A stretch of 63,257 nt of DNA, the filler included, from Octopus bimaculoides (taxonomy: Eukaryota), in assembly GCF_001194135.2 (NCBI RefSeq). It is 10 parts of 9 records of this genome, joined end to end, with 100 filler letters (N's around TTAATTAATTAA, not from the genome) between each part and the next. Parts side by side here need not be neighbours in the genome. Positions count along the whole stretch, not along the records: positions 25,994 to 35,650 come from NC_068993.1; positions 35,751 to 42,882 come from NC_068983.1; 8 more parts are not named here. One strand, given 5' to 3'. Below the pieces are notes generated by a model, which saw only the letters and a program-made list of their open reading frames with translations, searched no databases and was not told where the DNA came from. Positions within the stretch are counted from its first letter, which is position 1; every line of letters starts with the position of its first letter. Positions 26,054 through 38,998 of the stretch are shown piece by piece. The position numbers and the translations under genes were made by a program.

Positions 26054-26684
26054 GCACGATTACACTCTATGTTCTGTTACGAAGACACACGAATTGAGCA
26101 TTTGAAAGAATTATACATTTATATGCACGTATTTATGTACGTATATGCATGCACACATATATCATACGTAGGCGTGTGCGATCATTCATGGATATACACA
26201 CGAGAGAAAGATTGCTGTAGATTATATTCATTCGTTTGAAGCTGGTGACTCACTTTATCTCAACTACTAGTTTCTCGTTATGGTGCTCTTTCAGTGGATT
26301 AAAAATTTGTATCTTTTGTTACCCCAACAAAAAGCTCGTATCAAGTCTTCGGCAGACATCACCTTCTCCACCTAGGCTAGCTACGCGGTAAACAATCTCG
26401 GAACTCTTTTTCTCATCGCCTACTAATCATCATAGCATCTCACTCACACAACAATACGAAAACGAAAACACTTTTAGAAAGTTCAATAAAATCCTGATTG
26501 AACCAGTTCCACCATGAACGAGAAACACAGTTCATACAATAATTGCAATCGTCAACATAGACACTGTAATGCATTCATTTAAAAGAATGCTTGTTGTCAG
26601 ATCTCTCCTTTCTGAAAGAAACATATTACGTAAGATAATAATGATAATAATAAAAACAACAAAAACAACCCACCTTGCAATGAA

Positions 26685-27075
26685 TATTGCTGTCATCTTC
26701 TGGCTGGACCTCAGCTGAGTGTCTTAACTTGCTAGATCGAATTCAGAGTAGAGTTCTTAACACGGTGTGTCTCTTCATTTTTCTAGGTCGGAGTTTTTGG
26801 CATATCGAAATGTATTTTCATCTTGTTTTTTCGATAACTATTCCAATGGCCACTGTCCTTATTAACTTTCTAGCCTAGTATCCTCTTACATAACTTTTAA
26901 ACGTGTCTCTTGATTCTCATTTCTCTATTGAGAGTCCGGTTAGTCATAAGCTATTTTATTTTAATCGCTTTTTCGCACGAACTGCTGTTATCTGGAACAC
27001 ATCATCATCGTCTTATTTCTCTCTGACCTATGATATCTTTTAGTTTCTTAAGCTTTCTGTCAATTGGCAACTTTT
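26685..27075 (+). mobile_element. Old CR1-like LINE 3' remnant
   Basis: LLDRIQSRV followed by a degraded post-RT region (ttttcgcacgaactgctgttatctggaac). Confidence 0.5.
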
Positions 27076-27327
27076 GAATTCGAAAGCCCATCGTTTTCTT
27101 TCTTTGTTGTTCTTTACGTTACAGTGTCTTCAAGCTTTGTTTGGGATGAAATAGTATAAAATACAAAAAGAAAACAAGACCAAATTACGCAACGGATATA
27201 GTGAACCTGATAAAATAAGTTGAGAACCTGATGCAAAATGTCACCAAAAGCCGAGACAACAGAAATAAATTATTAAAAGACTACACATAAATAATAGAGG
27301 AAGAAAAATATCACTTTCCATCTAGAA

Positions 27328-27683
27328 CAGGGGGTCCCAACCATGGTTTTTTCTTTAATCTTCGACCCATTTGGCTATTATTTTATTCGAGTGGACCCCC
27401 ATTGTCATTCGATGTTTGAAAACTAGTTTTATAGAAATTTCTTTCAGAATTCCTAGTTTGATTTTCACTCATTTACTTATGTAGCTTGAGCTATGTAAAA
27501 TGTTAGAATCCTAGCTATTTTCTTGCAATGCATACCGATACGTACATCTAAAGTAAAATGTTTCAGCGGCCCTTGAAATACTATTGCAGATCCCCAATTT
27601 ATTATTTTGTTGTGTGGATCCCAACCCCCACAAACCTTATATGGATCCTCTGGGGCCATATGGGCCCCGGTTGAAAACCACTG
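27328..27683. mobile_element. hAT (Charlie-like) non-autonomous element
   Basis: Termini cagggggtcccaacc / ggttgaaaaccactg; 8-bp TSD atctagaa / acctagaa matches NTCTAGAN. Confidence 0.8.
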
Positions 27684-28799
27684 ACCTAGAACGTGAAGAT
27701 GATTCTGGTCCCTTTTTCCCATCAAATGCATTAAAACGAAAATGGAACTGCGAAATCTCAAATGATTGAAGGTCAAACAAAATCACAAACACACACCTTA
27801 AGCACATAGGACTTAGAGGATCATCTCATTTGCTTGTTTATAACTACAGATTTCGTCCGTAATTCAGCAGCGTTAGATTTATGAAAAAAATGCCTTAACG
27901 TGTAATTCTCTGTAACGCGAAACCAATCTTTCTATTGAATTCCGTGTTAGAAAACACCGAAGCCAATAAGAATTTTTTTTCGCTTTACAGAATTCCGCAT
28001 CCAGGCAAAAATTTCAGGAACACAATGTCTCCGTAACTGGGGGAATGCCTATCGTTGACATACGCGTCACCACAGAAACTTCCATATACTAACTCAAGCT
28101 CCTAGAAATAGCATCTAAATTTGATTCAAATGACACCTTATTGTCTTATTTTAGTGAAAAAAAAAATGATCGATGTGACATGTTCAGGGCTTCACATTAC
28201 AACCAAAAATACAACTGGCAGCAGCAGCACCACCACCACCACCGACACCACCACCAACACCACCACTACCACCAGCACCACCACCATCACCGCCACCACC
28301 ACCATCATCACCACCGTCNNNNNNNNNNNNNNNNNNNNNNNNNNNNNNNNNNNNNNNNNNNNNNNNNNNNNNNNNNNNNNNNNNNNNNNNNNNNNNNNNN
28401 NNNNNNNNNNNNNNNNNNNNNNNNNNNNNNNNNNNNNNNNNNNNNNNNNNNNNNNNNNNNNNNNNNNNNNNNNNNNNNNNNNNNNNNNNNNNNNNNNNNN
28501 NNNNNNNNNNNNNNNNNNNNNNNNNNNNNNNNNNNNNNNNNNNNNNNNNNNNNNNNNNNNNNNNNNNNNNNNNNNNNNNNNNNNNNNNNNNNACAACAAC
28601 AATAACAAAAACAACAATAACATCAAAAACAACATCTTGCCATTATAAACTGTATCAGCATCGAACGTCATTCTACCAAACAAAAGGACAATTCTTCTTT
28701 TATTTTGATCAATATTCAAAATTTGATTTCACGCAGTAAACAAGTCTAAACCTTCAAGATAAAAACCATTGAAATACTGAAGTATGCGAGTAACCAAGC

Positions 28800-29140
28800 A
28801 AGTAGCAAACAGCCAACCAACCAACCAACCAAACAACCAGCCAGTTAGCCAACCAGCCAGACAACCGACCAACCAACCAACCAACCGACCAACCAACCAA
28901 CCAACCAACCAACCAACCAACCAGCCAACCAACCCATCAGCCAACCAACCAAACAACCAAACAACCAGCCAGTTAGCCAACCAGCTAGACAACCAACCAA
29001 CCAACCAACCAACCAATTAACCAATCAGCGAACCAACCAGCCAACCGATCAAACAAGTAATCAACTAAGCAACCAAGCAGCCAATCAATCAAGCAAGTAA
29101 CCAGTCAATCAACCTATGAAGCAACTAAGCAACCAACAAA
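28800..29140. repeat. Degenerate (ACCA)n tetranucleotide tract
   Basis: Direct reading. Confidence 0.92.
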
Positions 29141-29379
29141 TCTACCAAAGGAAAAACTCATAGAAAAATAACCGTTAACCAGAATGCCACCACCACCACC
29201 ATCGAGAAACATTACCCACATCAAAATACACAGTTCCATTTATACAATAACTGATATGGGATGTTAGGGTGCTTTTTTGTTATCTGCGTTCAAAAATTAT
29301 ACAAGCAAATACATAAAGTTCAGCATCGATACACAAACATGCACTTATTAAATTCTACATATTAAAGATCTACATATTC

Positions 29380-29710
29380 TTTTCCCCTCTAGGCACAAAG
29401 CCCGAAATTTGTTTTGGTGGGCCCAGTCGATTAGATGGACTCCTGTACGCAACTAGTACTTAATATATCGATTTCGAGAGGATGAAAGGCAAAGTTGACC
29501 TCGGCGGAATTTGAACTCAGAACGTAAAGATAAACGAGATCTACATATTCTTTTCTACACTAGGCACAAGACCCCAAATTTTTGGGGACGAGGCCACTCG
29601 ATTAGATCGACCGCAGTACGCAATTGGTACTTAAATTATCGACTTCGAAAGGATAACGGCAAAGTCGACCTCAGCGGAATTTGAACTCAGAAGGTAAAGA
29701 CAGACGAGAA
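29380..29710 (-). mobile_element. Tandem dimer of 5'-truncated family A SINEs
   Basis: Two ~165-bp units, each with gatgaaaggcaaagtcgacctc-type core, separated by gatctacatatt repeats. Confidence 0.85.
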
Positions 29711-30151
29711 CTACATATTGATAAGACAATGATCTTTAAAGTTAGACTATAACTTAAGTTCCACATATTAAAGAAATACAGGCCAATCAAAATGAAGTGT
29801 ACATAATATAAAGTAGACTGTTTCGGAGAGAAGAAGCAGATCTTCATAATCATGGGTCCAAGAGTATGCAGTTATTCTTTATTATATTGGTTGAAGTTAA
29901 CGAGCAAACGATGGTACGATTATGAATGATAAAAGATTTACTAAGGGAGTTGGTGAAAGTTATAATTAAACAGATAAGACTGATTAATTTAATGAAGATA
30001 TGAGCTATATTTTGCACTATAAATGTTTGGTGTGTCAAGTGATTTCAACTTGAATCGAAACCGAGTGATATGAAACAAATTATTTCTTTACAATTGTCCA
30101 AATGAATTCAACTACATTCAATTACATATAATGTTAGACAAGAACTTGTAC

Positions 30152-30204
<53 letters not shown>

Positions 30205-31371
30205 AGTCTCTCTCTCGCTCTATCTCTCTCTCTGTGTGTGTATNNNNNNNNNNNNNNNNNNNNNNNNNNNNNNNNNNNNNNNNNNNNNNNNNNNNNNNNN
30301 NNNNNNNNNNNNNNNNNNNNNNNNNNNNNNNNNNNNNNNNNNNNNNNNNNNNNNNNNNNNNNNNNNNNNNNNNNNNNNNNNNNNNNNNNNNNNNNNNNNN
30401 NNNNNNNNNNNNNNNNNNNNNNNNNNNNNNNNNNNNNNNNNNNNNNNNNNNNNNNNNNNNNNNNNNNNNNNNNNNNNNNNNNNNNNNNNNNNNNNNNNNN
30501 NNNNNNNNNNNNNNNNNNNNNNNNNNNNNNNNNNNNNNNNNNNNNNNNNNNNNNNNNNNNNNNNNNNNNNNNNNNNNNNNNNNNNNNNNNNNNNNNNNNN
30601 NNNNNNNNNNNNNNNNNNNNNNNNNNNNNNNNNNNNNNNNNNNNNNNNNNNNNNNNNNNNNNNNNNNNNNNNNNNNNNNNNNNNNNNNNNNNNNNNNNNN
30701 NNNNNNNNNNNNNNNNNNNNNNNNNNNNNNNNNNNNNNNNNNNNNNNNNNNNNNNNNNNNNNNNNNNNNNNNNNNNNNNNNNNNNNNNNNNNNNNNNNNN
30801 NNNNNNNNNNNNNNNNNNNNNNNNNNNNNNNNNNNNNNNNNNNNNNNNNNNNNNNNNNNNNNNNNNNNNNNNNNNNNNNNNNNNNNNNNNNNNNNNNNNN
30901 NNNNNNNNNNNNNNNNNNNNNNNNNNNNNNNNNNNNNNNNNNNNNNNNNNNNNNNNNNNNNNNNNNNNNNNNNNNTATATATATATATATATATATTGTT
31001 ATACCTTATCTTATTTTCCTTATACATATCAACTCGTGTGTTCTTTTTCAACCTTATACACACAGACACACACGCACACATACATACATATACATACATA
31101 CATATACATACGTACATATACATACATATACACACCGACCTGCACACCTGGGTGTGTGTGAACATGTGCCTCTTTTTGTGTTACAGTACGTGTATGTGTC
31201 TGCCAATAACTGTGTCTGTATATGTGAGATCTTATTCCTTACTTAAATACACAAGCATATCATACGTACACATGCGCAGAAAAGCAGCCATGATCATTTC
31301 TATATATAACCACACACAAGGACGCCGATACACAAATACGCGCTCGCCCCCACTTGCATATGTATGTACAC

Positions 31372-31404
<33 letters not shown>

Positions 31405-31784
31405 CTGTGTGATTATATAACTATATTAGTGTGTATAATTGGAGAGACGCGGATATGACTAGATGTATAAAAATGTGTATGTGTTGAGAATGTGTATGTG
31501 TTTGTATATATGAGTCCGTGTTTGTTTTTGTCTGTGAGAGAAGGTGTGTAGATGGTGGTGGTGGTAGTGTGTGTGTGTGTATGTGTGTTTTTGAAGTTCA
31601 TTGCAGTAAATACTCACCATGAGACGGAGGAAACAGAAAGGAAAAAAAAAATATGAAAATTAAAAACAAACCCCTGAAAGAGCCTCAAGGGAGATAACTC
31701 ACAGTATGACTTCATAGCTGAATATTTTTTCCTGACGAACGTTATCAATATATATCGATGCGGTAAATACTAAATCTTCTTCTT

Positions 31785-31912
31785 CTTCTTCTTCTTCTTC
31801 TTCTTCTTCTTCTTCTTCTTCTTCTTCTTCTTCTTCTTCTTCTTCTTCTTCTTCTTCTTCTTCTTCTTCTTCTTCTTCTTGTTTGCTGCTACTGCTACTT
31901 CAATTATTACTG

Positions 31913-31965
<53 letters not shown>

Positions 31966-31985
31966 ATAATAATAATAATAATAAC

Positions 31986-32026
<41 letters not shown>

Positions 32027-32039
32027 TAATAATAATAAC

Positions 32040-32082
<43 letters not shown>

Positions 32083-32174
32083 GTAATAATGTTATCAACA
32101 AGAAAATTGTAAGGCAGATGAGAAAGAAAAAAAACAACCAAAAAAAACAAAGAGCTGTTGATGACAATCATGAC

Positions 32175-32213
<39 letters not shown>

Positions 32214-32215
32214 AA
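31785..32215. repeat. Compound (TTC)n-(CTA)n-(ATA)n-(GAT)n tract
   Basis: Direct reading. Confidence 0.95.
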
Positions 32216-32599
32216 TGGAGTACAGAGGAAGACGTAGGGTGACAGAGTTGAAAGACATATTATGAAGACAGAAAACAATGGCCATAACGATTACGGTATG
32301 AAGAAGAATTACAGCTAAAATATAATAAATGAAATAAAAGGGAAACGTTTCAAAATTAGCACCGTCAAACATGGTGGTGTTAGTGCTAGTGTGACAGTAG
32401 TAGTAGTAGTATTAGTAGAAGAAGAAGAAGAAGGCGTTGATGACTATGACGACGATACATGTTAGAAAATACATGCCAAATCCAAGCACACACAGACACA
32501 GACACACACACACATATATATATGTATATATATATCTATACATACTCACACATACACACACATACACGTATACACACTCACACAAACATGTCTCCGTAT

Positions 32600-32636
32600 T
32601 CTTTCTGTTGAAGAGCGTAGCTCGAAACGTCAAAGA
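32600..32636 (+). ncRNA. Minimal type-I hammerhead motif (one core substitution) in a Penelope pLTR-like fragment
   Basis: tcttt-CTGtTGA-a-gagc-gta-gctc-GAAAC-GTC-aaaga; stem I and stem II pair perfectly. Confidence 0.7.
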
Positions 32637-33269
32637 CTTTCCGTATTCCCGAGCGTCATACTAATATATACTTTTGTTATTTACACCACCTGTCCTCGTC
32701 TGTTGTTATTATTTGTATATTCTCCCATATATATATATATATATATATACAATTAAAATATTATAAACTTCAGCTCGGGAACATGGACTTCTAATATCTG
32801 TTGCTTTGTTATCAATAAGGAAGAGAGATCTGATCTGAACTGTGGCCCTTTATTCTTATGCGTACATTTGGTTTGTTTCATAGTATTCATGCTATTGAGC
32901 ATTGAATATTGATACGGGTCTTTATGAATTTTTCTCCCGTACGTCTTCAGCAATATTTTTCAGTGAAGAAGCGTTTTTATGGCAACCATACAAAAATCAA
33001 ATATTAGAATTGTTCTATTACTCTTCAGAGCCTTTCTCGTGCATGCTCTCTGTTTTTGTTTAATTTAAAAAAGATGGCTCTTCTTGTGAGATATAAGAGG
33101 TTCATACGTGGTCTGATCAATAGAGGAGAATTACAAATGTCACTAAATGTGACTTGGATGTTAAGAAATACCAACATTGCTAAAAATAAGAACTAAACCG
33201 CACTTAAGCTGTGCTTAACGCATATGGATAAAAACATATAGACTAACAGGGATCATTAAATTTATATAT

Positions 33270-33570
33270 ATGAGGTTTAGTGATTATGGTATTGCACTCA
33301 CGGTCGCTAGATCATGATTTCAATTCCTAGCCCGGCTGGTATGTTGTTTCCTTGAGCAAAACACATCATCTCACTTTGCTCTGCGGGTACTTGAACAACT
33401 GAAGCGTGGTACAAAGGACACCTGTTCAGACAACGTCTATTTGACGGAGAGGATGAGCTAATGTGCGGCACGAGCATATGATCACTATAAACAAATCATC
33501 TGTCCAGATCGTTCGGCAAAAGCTGAACGCCCATACGCCGTCTTCGACGAGAGAGTCCATCACACGCACA
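33270..33570 (+). mobile_element. Degraded tRNA-derived SINE
   Basis: gtttagtg...cactcacggtcgctagatcatgatttcaattcc...ccttgagcaaaacac. Confidence 0.6.
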
Positions 33571-34195
33571 CACACACGCATTTGCTAACTAAATGTGGTG
33601 GTCCTATAGAGGACGGTATTACTGCTGTTTTTAGCTTCAGGAAGACATCTCCTCCAGCAGGCCAAGGACAAANNNNNNNNNNNNNNNNNNNNNNNNNNNN
33701 NNNNNNNNNNNNNNNNNNNNNNNNNNNNNNNNNNNNNNNNNNNNNNNNNNNNNNNNNNNNNNNNNNNNNNNNNNNNNNNNNNNNNNNNNNNNNNNNNNNN
33801 NNNNNNNNNNNNNNNNNNNNNNNNNNNNNNNNNNNNNNNNNNNNNNNNNNNNNNNNNNNNNNNNNNNNNNNNNNNNNNNNNNNNNNNNNNNNNNNNNNNN
33901 NNNNNNNNNNNNNNNNNNNNNNNNNNNNNNNNNNNNNNNNNNNNNNNNNNNNNNNNNNNNNNNNNNNNNNNNNNNNNNNNNNNNNNNNNNNNNNNNNNNN
34001 NNNNNNNNNNNNNNNNNNNNNNNNNNNNNNNNNNNNNNNNNNNNNNNNNNNNNNNNNNNNNNNNNNNNNNNNNNNNNNNNNNNNNNNNNNNNNNNNNNNN
34101 NNNNNNNNNNNNNNNNNNNNNNNNNNNNNNNNNNNNNNNNNNNNNNNNNNNNNNNNNNNNNNNNNNNNNNNTGAACATAAAAATACAAACGAATT

Positions 34196-34650
34196 TTGCT
34201 TTTAGAAGCGTTGCGATGTCTTAGAAAGTTGAAGAAGTAATTTTAAATTCACAAACGCAGGATAATGCTAATAATATAGCCTGAACAGGATAAGCTGCCC
34301 TATTTTGCAGAAAAAGTGTTGGCGGCCAGCTATGAGACTCGAACTCACACCTCCGTGATTACGCGTCGCGGTGCTCTAGACCGATTAAGCTAAACTGCCC
34401 TCACCACAAATTCTGCAAATTTAGGATGTATAGAAATCTCGCTTTATGAGACGCTATCATACGTTAAATTCAAATTACGATGAACGTAAACAAACAAACG
34501 TTGAGATGTGTTAGGAAGTTAAAGAAGTGATTTTAAATTCTCAAACGCAGGATAATGCTAATAAGGAGGTGTGAGTTCGAGTCTCATAACTGGCCGCCAA
34601 CGCTTTTTTCTGCAAAATAGGAGTAGCTTATCCTGTTCAGGCTATATTAT
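34196..34650 (-). mobile_element. tRNA-headed repeat: one intact-headed copy plus one internally inverted copy
   Basis: Cloverleaf-like 34324-34400 (-); second body 34495-34564 (-) joined to inverted 34565-34650 (+). Confidence 0.75.
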
Positions 34651-36079
34651 ATATATATAATGCAGTTGAGTGAAATGAGACTTTGACAAGGTAGCCCTTC
34701 TGTACAAACGACGTATTACATTTGAAGGATTTCGAAGACAGATAAAGTGTTGAAACCTCATTTGGTGTATTACATTCTTCACTAAACGTTAAGGACAAGT
34801 TGGCAAATAATTTCCTCAGATTTAACTGGTAAACATTTGTCTTCTAGTCATAGTTATAGAAAGCTATTTAACAGACATAAGCTAAAAGAAACGTTTAGCG
34901 GCATTGTTGAGATAAAGGATATTGCAGCCCATATATAGATAATGATTATTCATGTGGAAAACACAGCACTTGAAAACTGAATGGATTCTGTAATGCAGAG
35001 ACTAATATATATAGCAGAAGTGAACGCAAGGAGTTGTGTCCTTGATTCCACCCCAAAACACAAGATATTTGCCAGGCCACAAAGAAATCCAAAGCGAGAT
35101 TTTATAATTTTATCTCTTCATTTTGGAACATTTAAACGAAATACAAACGGGAAAATTTCAAGGGTGAAAATTGTTTGCAAGGGACATAACCTGCACAATA
35201 ATCTATCGTTAACCCCTTTTCTCAATATTTTGTCATCTTTACTAATTAAATTCTCCCCATGGTGCTTTAAGTGCTTTACTCAGAAATGAATACAACTTTA
35301 TATCAGCACATCGATTAATTGATGCCATCCACAGGTTTGACGCTAGATCAAAACCGAATATCATGGAACTCCAAGGAAACCGTACAGAACAACAGCTTTT
35401 TATTAATACACACATATTTAAATTCTATAACTCTTATATCGAGTACTTCTTACTTTAACATATGTTACTTGATTTGTATGGATGTTTACGTGTGTTTGTG
35501 TGTGTGTGTCTGTGTGATGTATGTGTGTGTATAAATACATGTGTAAATATACATAATTCATACATGCATAAATGTGTACAAAAATATACACAAACACACA
35601 TATATCTGTAACAACACGTTTGCACTTAAATATACACACACATACATAGCNNNNNNNNNNNNNNNNNNNNNNNNNNNNNNNNNNNNNNNNNNNNTTAATT
35701 AATTAANNNNNNNNNNNNNNNNNNNNNNNNNNNNNNNNNNNNNNNNNNNNCATGCGTGGGTTTCAACATCGAAGCGTTCCCGCTATTAGACTGTCTCTTA
35801 CCAAGCCAGACAGCGACCAAGCAAGACGTCTAAGCAAGCTCTCCCATTTGAGTGTGGTTGAACCAAGTTGTCTCTATAACGACACCAGCTCGAAGAACCG
35901 TACATCTACATTTCAGGCTACTCTAAAACCGGACAATTAGAAGCTGTTTTATTTTCCACCGAACAATAAATATTCGTTGTTGTTGATCAGTTTGGAGTTT
36001 CTGCGATCAGTTCTCTTCCAATTTAATGTAGGAAAGTTAGGTGTATATCTAAAGATATATAACCCACTCTCCTAAAGAT

Positions 36080-36760
36080 TGCTGACCTTCATAAAAGAAT
36101 TAGTATATTTGCATCTCATTGGATATTTTAGAAAGCATACAAGTTCTTTTTAAATATTCTCAGACTCCACCTTACGACTTCTATATATAAAACATATCAT
36201 CTATTCGGTGTCTGTAAACACAATATTAGAAGTTGTAGCTGTTGATTTATAGCCAGCCTTCGAAGATGATACTTGAACCATATGTAAAATGATTTTCTTC
36301 GGGTGTTAGATGTTAGGCAAATTTAGTTAGAAGTTAGAGATCTAACAAAGAATATTGATAAGCTGAATGCGGAGAAGGTAATCGTCCTTGTTGTTTCACC
36401 AAATGTCAGTTCTGAATGAGCAGGCTTATGATGAAAAGCATCCATTCTTTTACAGGCATTATGTATCTAGAATTGCCTTTTCTAATATGGTCTCTCTGTC
36501 TTCTTTAGATGGTAGATATAATTTGAGGGCGATTTGGCAGCTATTTGTTGTAGACCAAGCGACCAAGTAGAAGCACACACATTGGCTAGTGATATGGAGG
36601 TTACTGGTCAAGAAATAATTGTGTGTTAAACACTCAGTTATAGTTGTTGATACCAGTTATTAATCTCAGCGTTCTGTAAGGATGGAAAATTTCATATCAA
36701 CTGTTACTATCAGGATTCTTTAGTTATGGGGAATTCCAGGTAATCGAATTCTTATTATGT
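36080..36760 (-). mobile_element. Possible very old Penelope-like RT remnant
   Basis: YRHRIDDMFYI resembles YRYIDDIF. Confidence 0.3.
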
Positions 36761-37019
36761 CCTTCGTTTCAGTATTTAGTAAAACTCACGTTAGTAATTT
36801 TGAAGTGTACGAATATTTTCTTAAAAATCTCATAGTTGTTTTACAGATAACGTTATTGTTGGTAATGTTAAATCTCTGAACGAGGTATAAACAGTAACTA
36901 CACGACAACGTGAAGTATATTTGCCACTTAAATGCGGCTAAACCCTAAGGGTGAATGCTACTGTTGCTTTTAGCCCCAGGAGATGAGAATAAATCATCTA
37001 CTTCATATGGATAACCTCA

Positions 37020-38510
37020 AGCTATTTACAAAAATGAAACAGGCCTGTGTTCTTTGATCCAAACAGTGACAGTATTCAGTAAAGATACAGGAATGCAGTT
37101 TGGTGTAGATAAATGTGCAGTAATAATTATGAAGAGAGACCGGACGACAAAGTCTAATGGTATCAAGTTACCACTAGACGCCATCTGATTGCTGTGAAAT
37201 AATAAGGGATACAATTACCTAGGAATGATGCAAGGCGAGAAGGGAGGATAAATGAGAGAGAAAGTCATTAAAATTACAAGAGAAAGTCGTTCGAAAGAAA
37301 ATTAAATGGAGAGATCATCATTAAATCCATAAATACATGTGCTATGCCAGTATTGAGACACATTGCTCCCTTTCTGAAATGCACAAAGGTCGTGTTACAT
37401 AACATGGGTAGAAAACTGCTCCTAATGCACAACACACTCCACCCTATCTCCGGCTGACTCTCTCTCTCTATCAAGAAAGGGAGGTGGCAGAGGATTGCTA
37501 AACGCAGAAGATATTGTTAATACTACGNNNNNNNNNNNNNNNNNNNNNNNNNNNNNNNNNNNNNNNNNNNNNNNNNNNNNNNNNNNNNNNNNNNNNNNNN
37601 NNNNNNNNNNNNNNNNNNNNNNNNNNNNNNNNNNNNNNNNNNNNNNNNNNNNNNNNNNNNNNNNNNNNNNNNNNNNNNNNNNNNNNNNNNNNNNNNNNNN
37701 NNNNNNNNNGAAAAAACAAATGCAGACAAATGGTACTACATGGCCAATTCATGCAACAAACCGAAAAAGTTCGAAGTAAAGGTCGCTGGCTCTGGTCGAC
37801 GGACGGAAAGCTGAAATGAAAGACACAAACACTAATTAGCGCTGCTCAGAAACAAGCCCTTAGAACAAATTTGATAAAGGCAAAGACCGATAAAACTAAG
37901 TCAGGCAGCAAAAGTTGAATGTGTAGGAAAGGAGACGAAAGTTTCAATCACGTTTTGAGTGAGTGCACTATACTATCACAAAGGGAGCACAAAAGCAGAC
38001 GTGACTGTGCTGGCAAAAGAGTGCATAGGGATGTTAGCCTTGTGTGTGGCTTCAAAACAACAGAAACGTGGTATGAACACGAACCAGAGGTTGTGATAGA
38101 AAATGAGAATTACGATCTTGTGGGACGTCCTTACGAAGACTAATCATATTATTGAAACAAGACCAGATTTGCTTATAGAGGACAAAATAAACAGTGTAGG
38201 ATCATAAATTTTGCAATTCCCTATGATAGCCGATCGATATCAAAGAAATGAAAAAAATTTAGGGATATCAGAATCTAACCAGAGAGCTGTCAAAACTGCG
38301 GAAGACCAAGACTACAATTGTTGCTGTAGTAGTAAGTTGTACACTTGGCACAACACCCAAAAGTTACCTAAAAGACTGAAATAGATTGGAATTGAAACTC
38401 GCATTGTCGACCTACAGAATATTACAATCCTATATTTTGCAGGAATCCAAAGAAAGAATTTTGAGAGTTGAGGTGAGTTGTTGCCACCAAATATCAAGAT
38501 AAAATATCAA
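37020..38510 (+). mobile_element. R4/Dong-like LINE, 3' ~1.5 kb (RT end, CCHC, RLE), gapped and decayed
   Basis: LIQTVTVFSKDTGMQFGVDKCA; MCRKGDESFNHVLSEC...WYEHEPEVVIENE; RPDL; ends at an (AAT)n array. Confidence 0.85.
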
Positions 38511-38519
38511 GATAATGTA

Positions 38520-38563
38520 CTCGAATAATAATAATAATAATTATAATAATAATAATAATGATG

Positions 38564-38653
<90 letters not shown>

Positions 38654-38690
38654 GGTATAATAATATTAATAATAATAATAATATTAGGTA
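38520..38690. repeat. (AAT)n array
   Basis: Direct reading. Confidence 0.95.
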
Positions 38691-38933
38691 TAATAAAAAA
38701 ATATTCAGACAAATGCATAACGAAAACACCAGGACTTACAAATATATATAACATACAGAAAATTGCACTACTGGGCACTGCACACATCCTACGCAAAACA
38801 CTTTCAATACAGTAAACATAAGAGCATCACAGCAAACCACAGCACATACCCAAGGCACACAGAGCTGCGCTCGGTAGTGAAGTGAAAGCACATTATAAAA
38901 ATAAAACTACTGAACAACAACAACAACAACAAC

Positions 38934-38998
<65 letters not shown>

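Noticed and set aside
27991-28060. Strong plus-strand acceptor (ttttttttcgctttacag) as exon 2 of the 21.8-kb gene
   Set aside because: The phase-1 frame stops after 22 codons (EFRIQAK...YR*), there is no good donor, and it lies across a linker gap.
28729-29020. GWLV / QPTN repeat ORFs
   Set aside because: Translation of the (ACCA)n tract.
32753-32953. 66-aa minus ORF as a Penelope GIY-YIG tail
   Set aside because: No GIY-YIG motif, and orientation is inconsistent with the adjacent hammerhead.
34324-34400. Functional tRNA-Thr(CGT) gene
   Set aside because: Acceptor-stem mismatch and extra base, non-U33 loop, and embedded in a dispersed repeat with other decayed copies.
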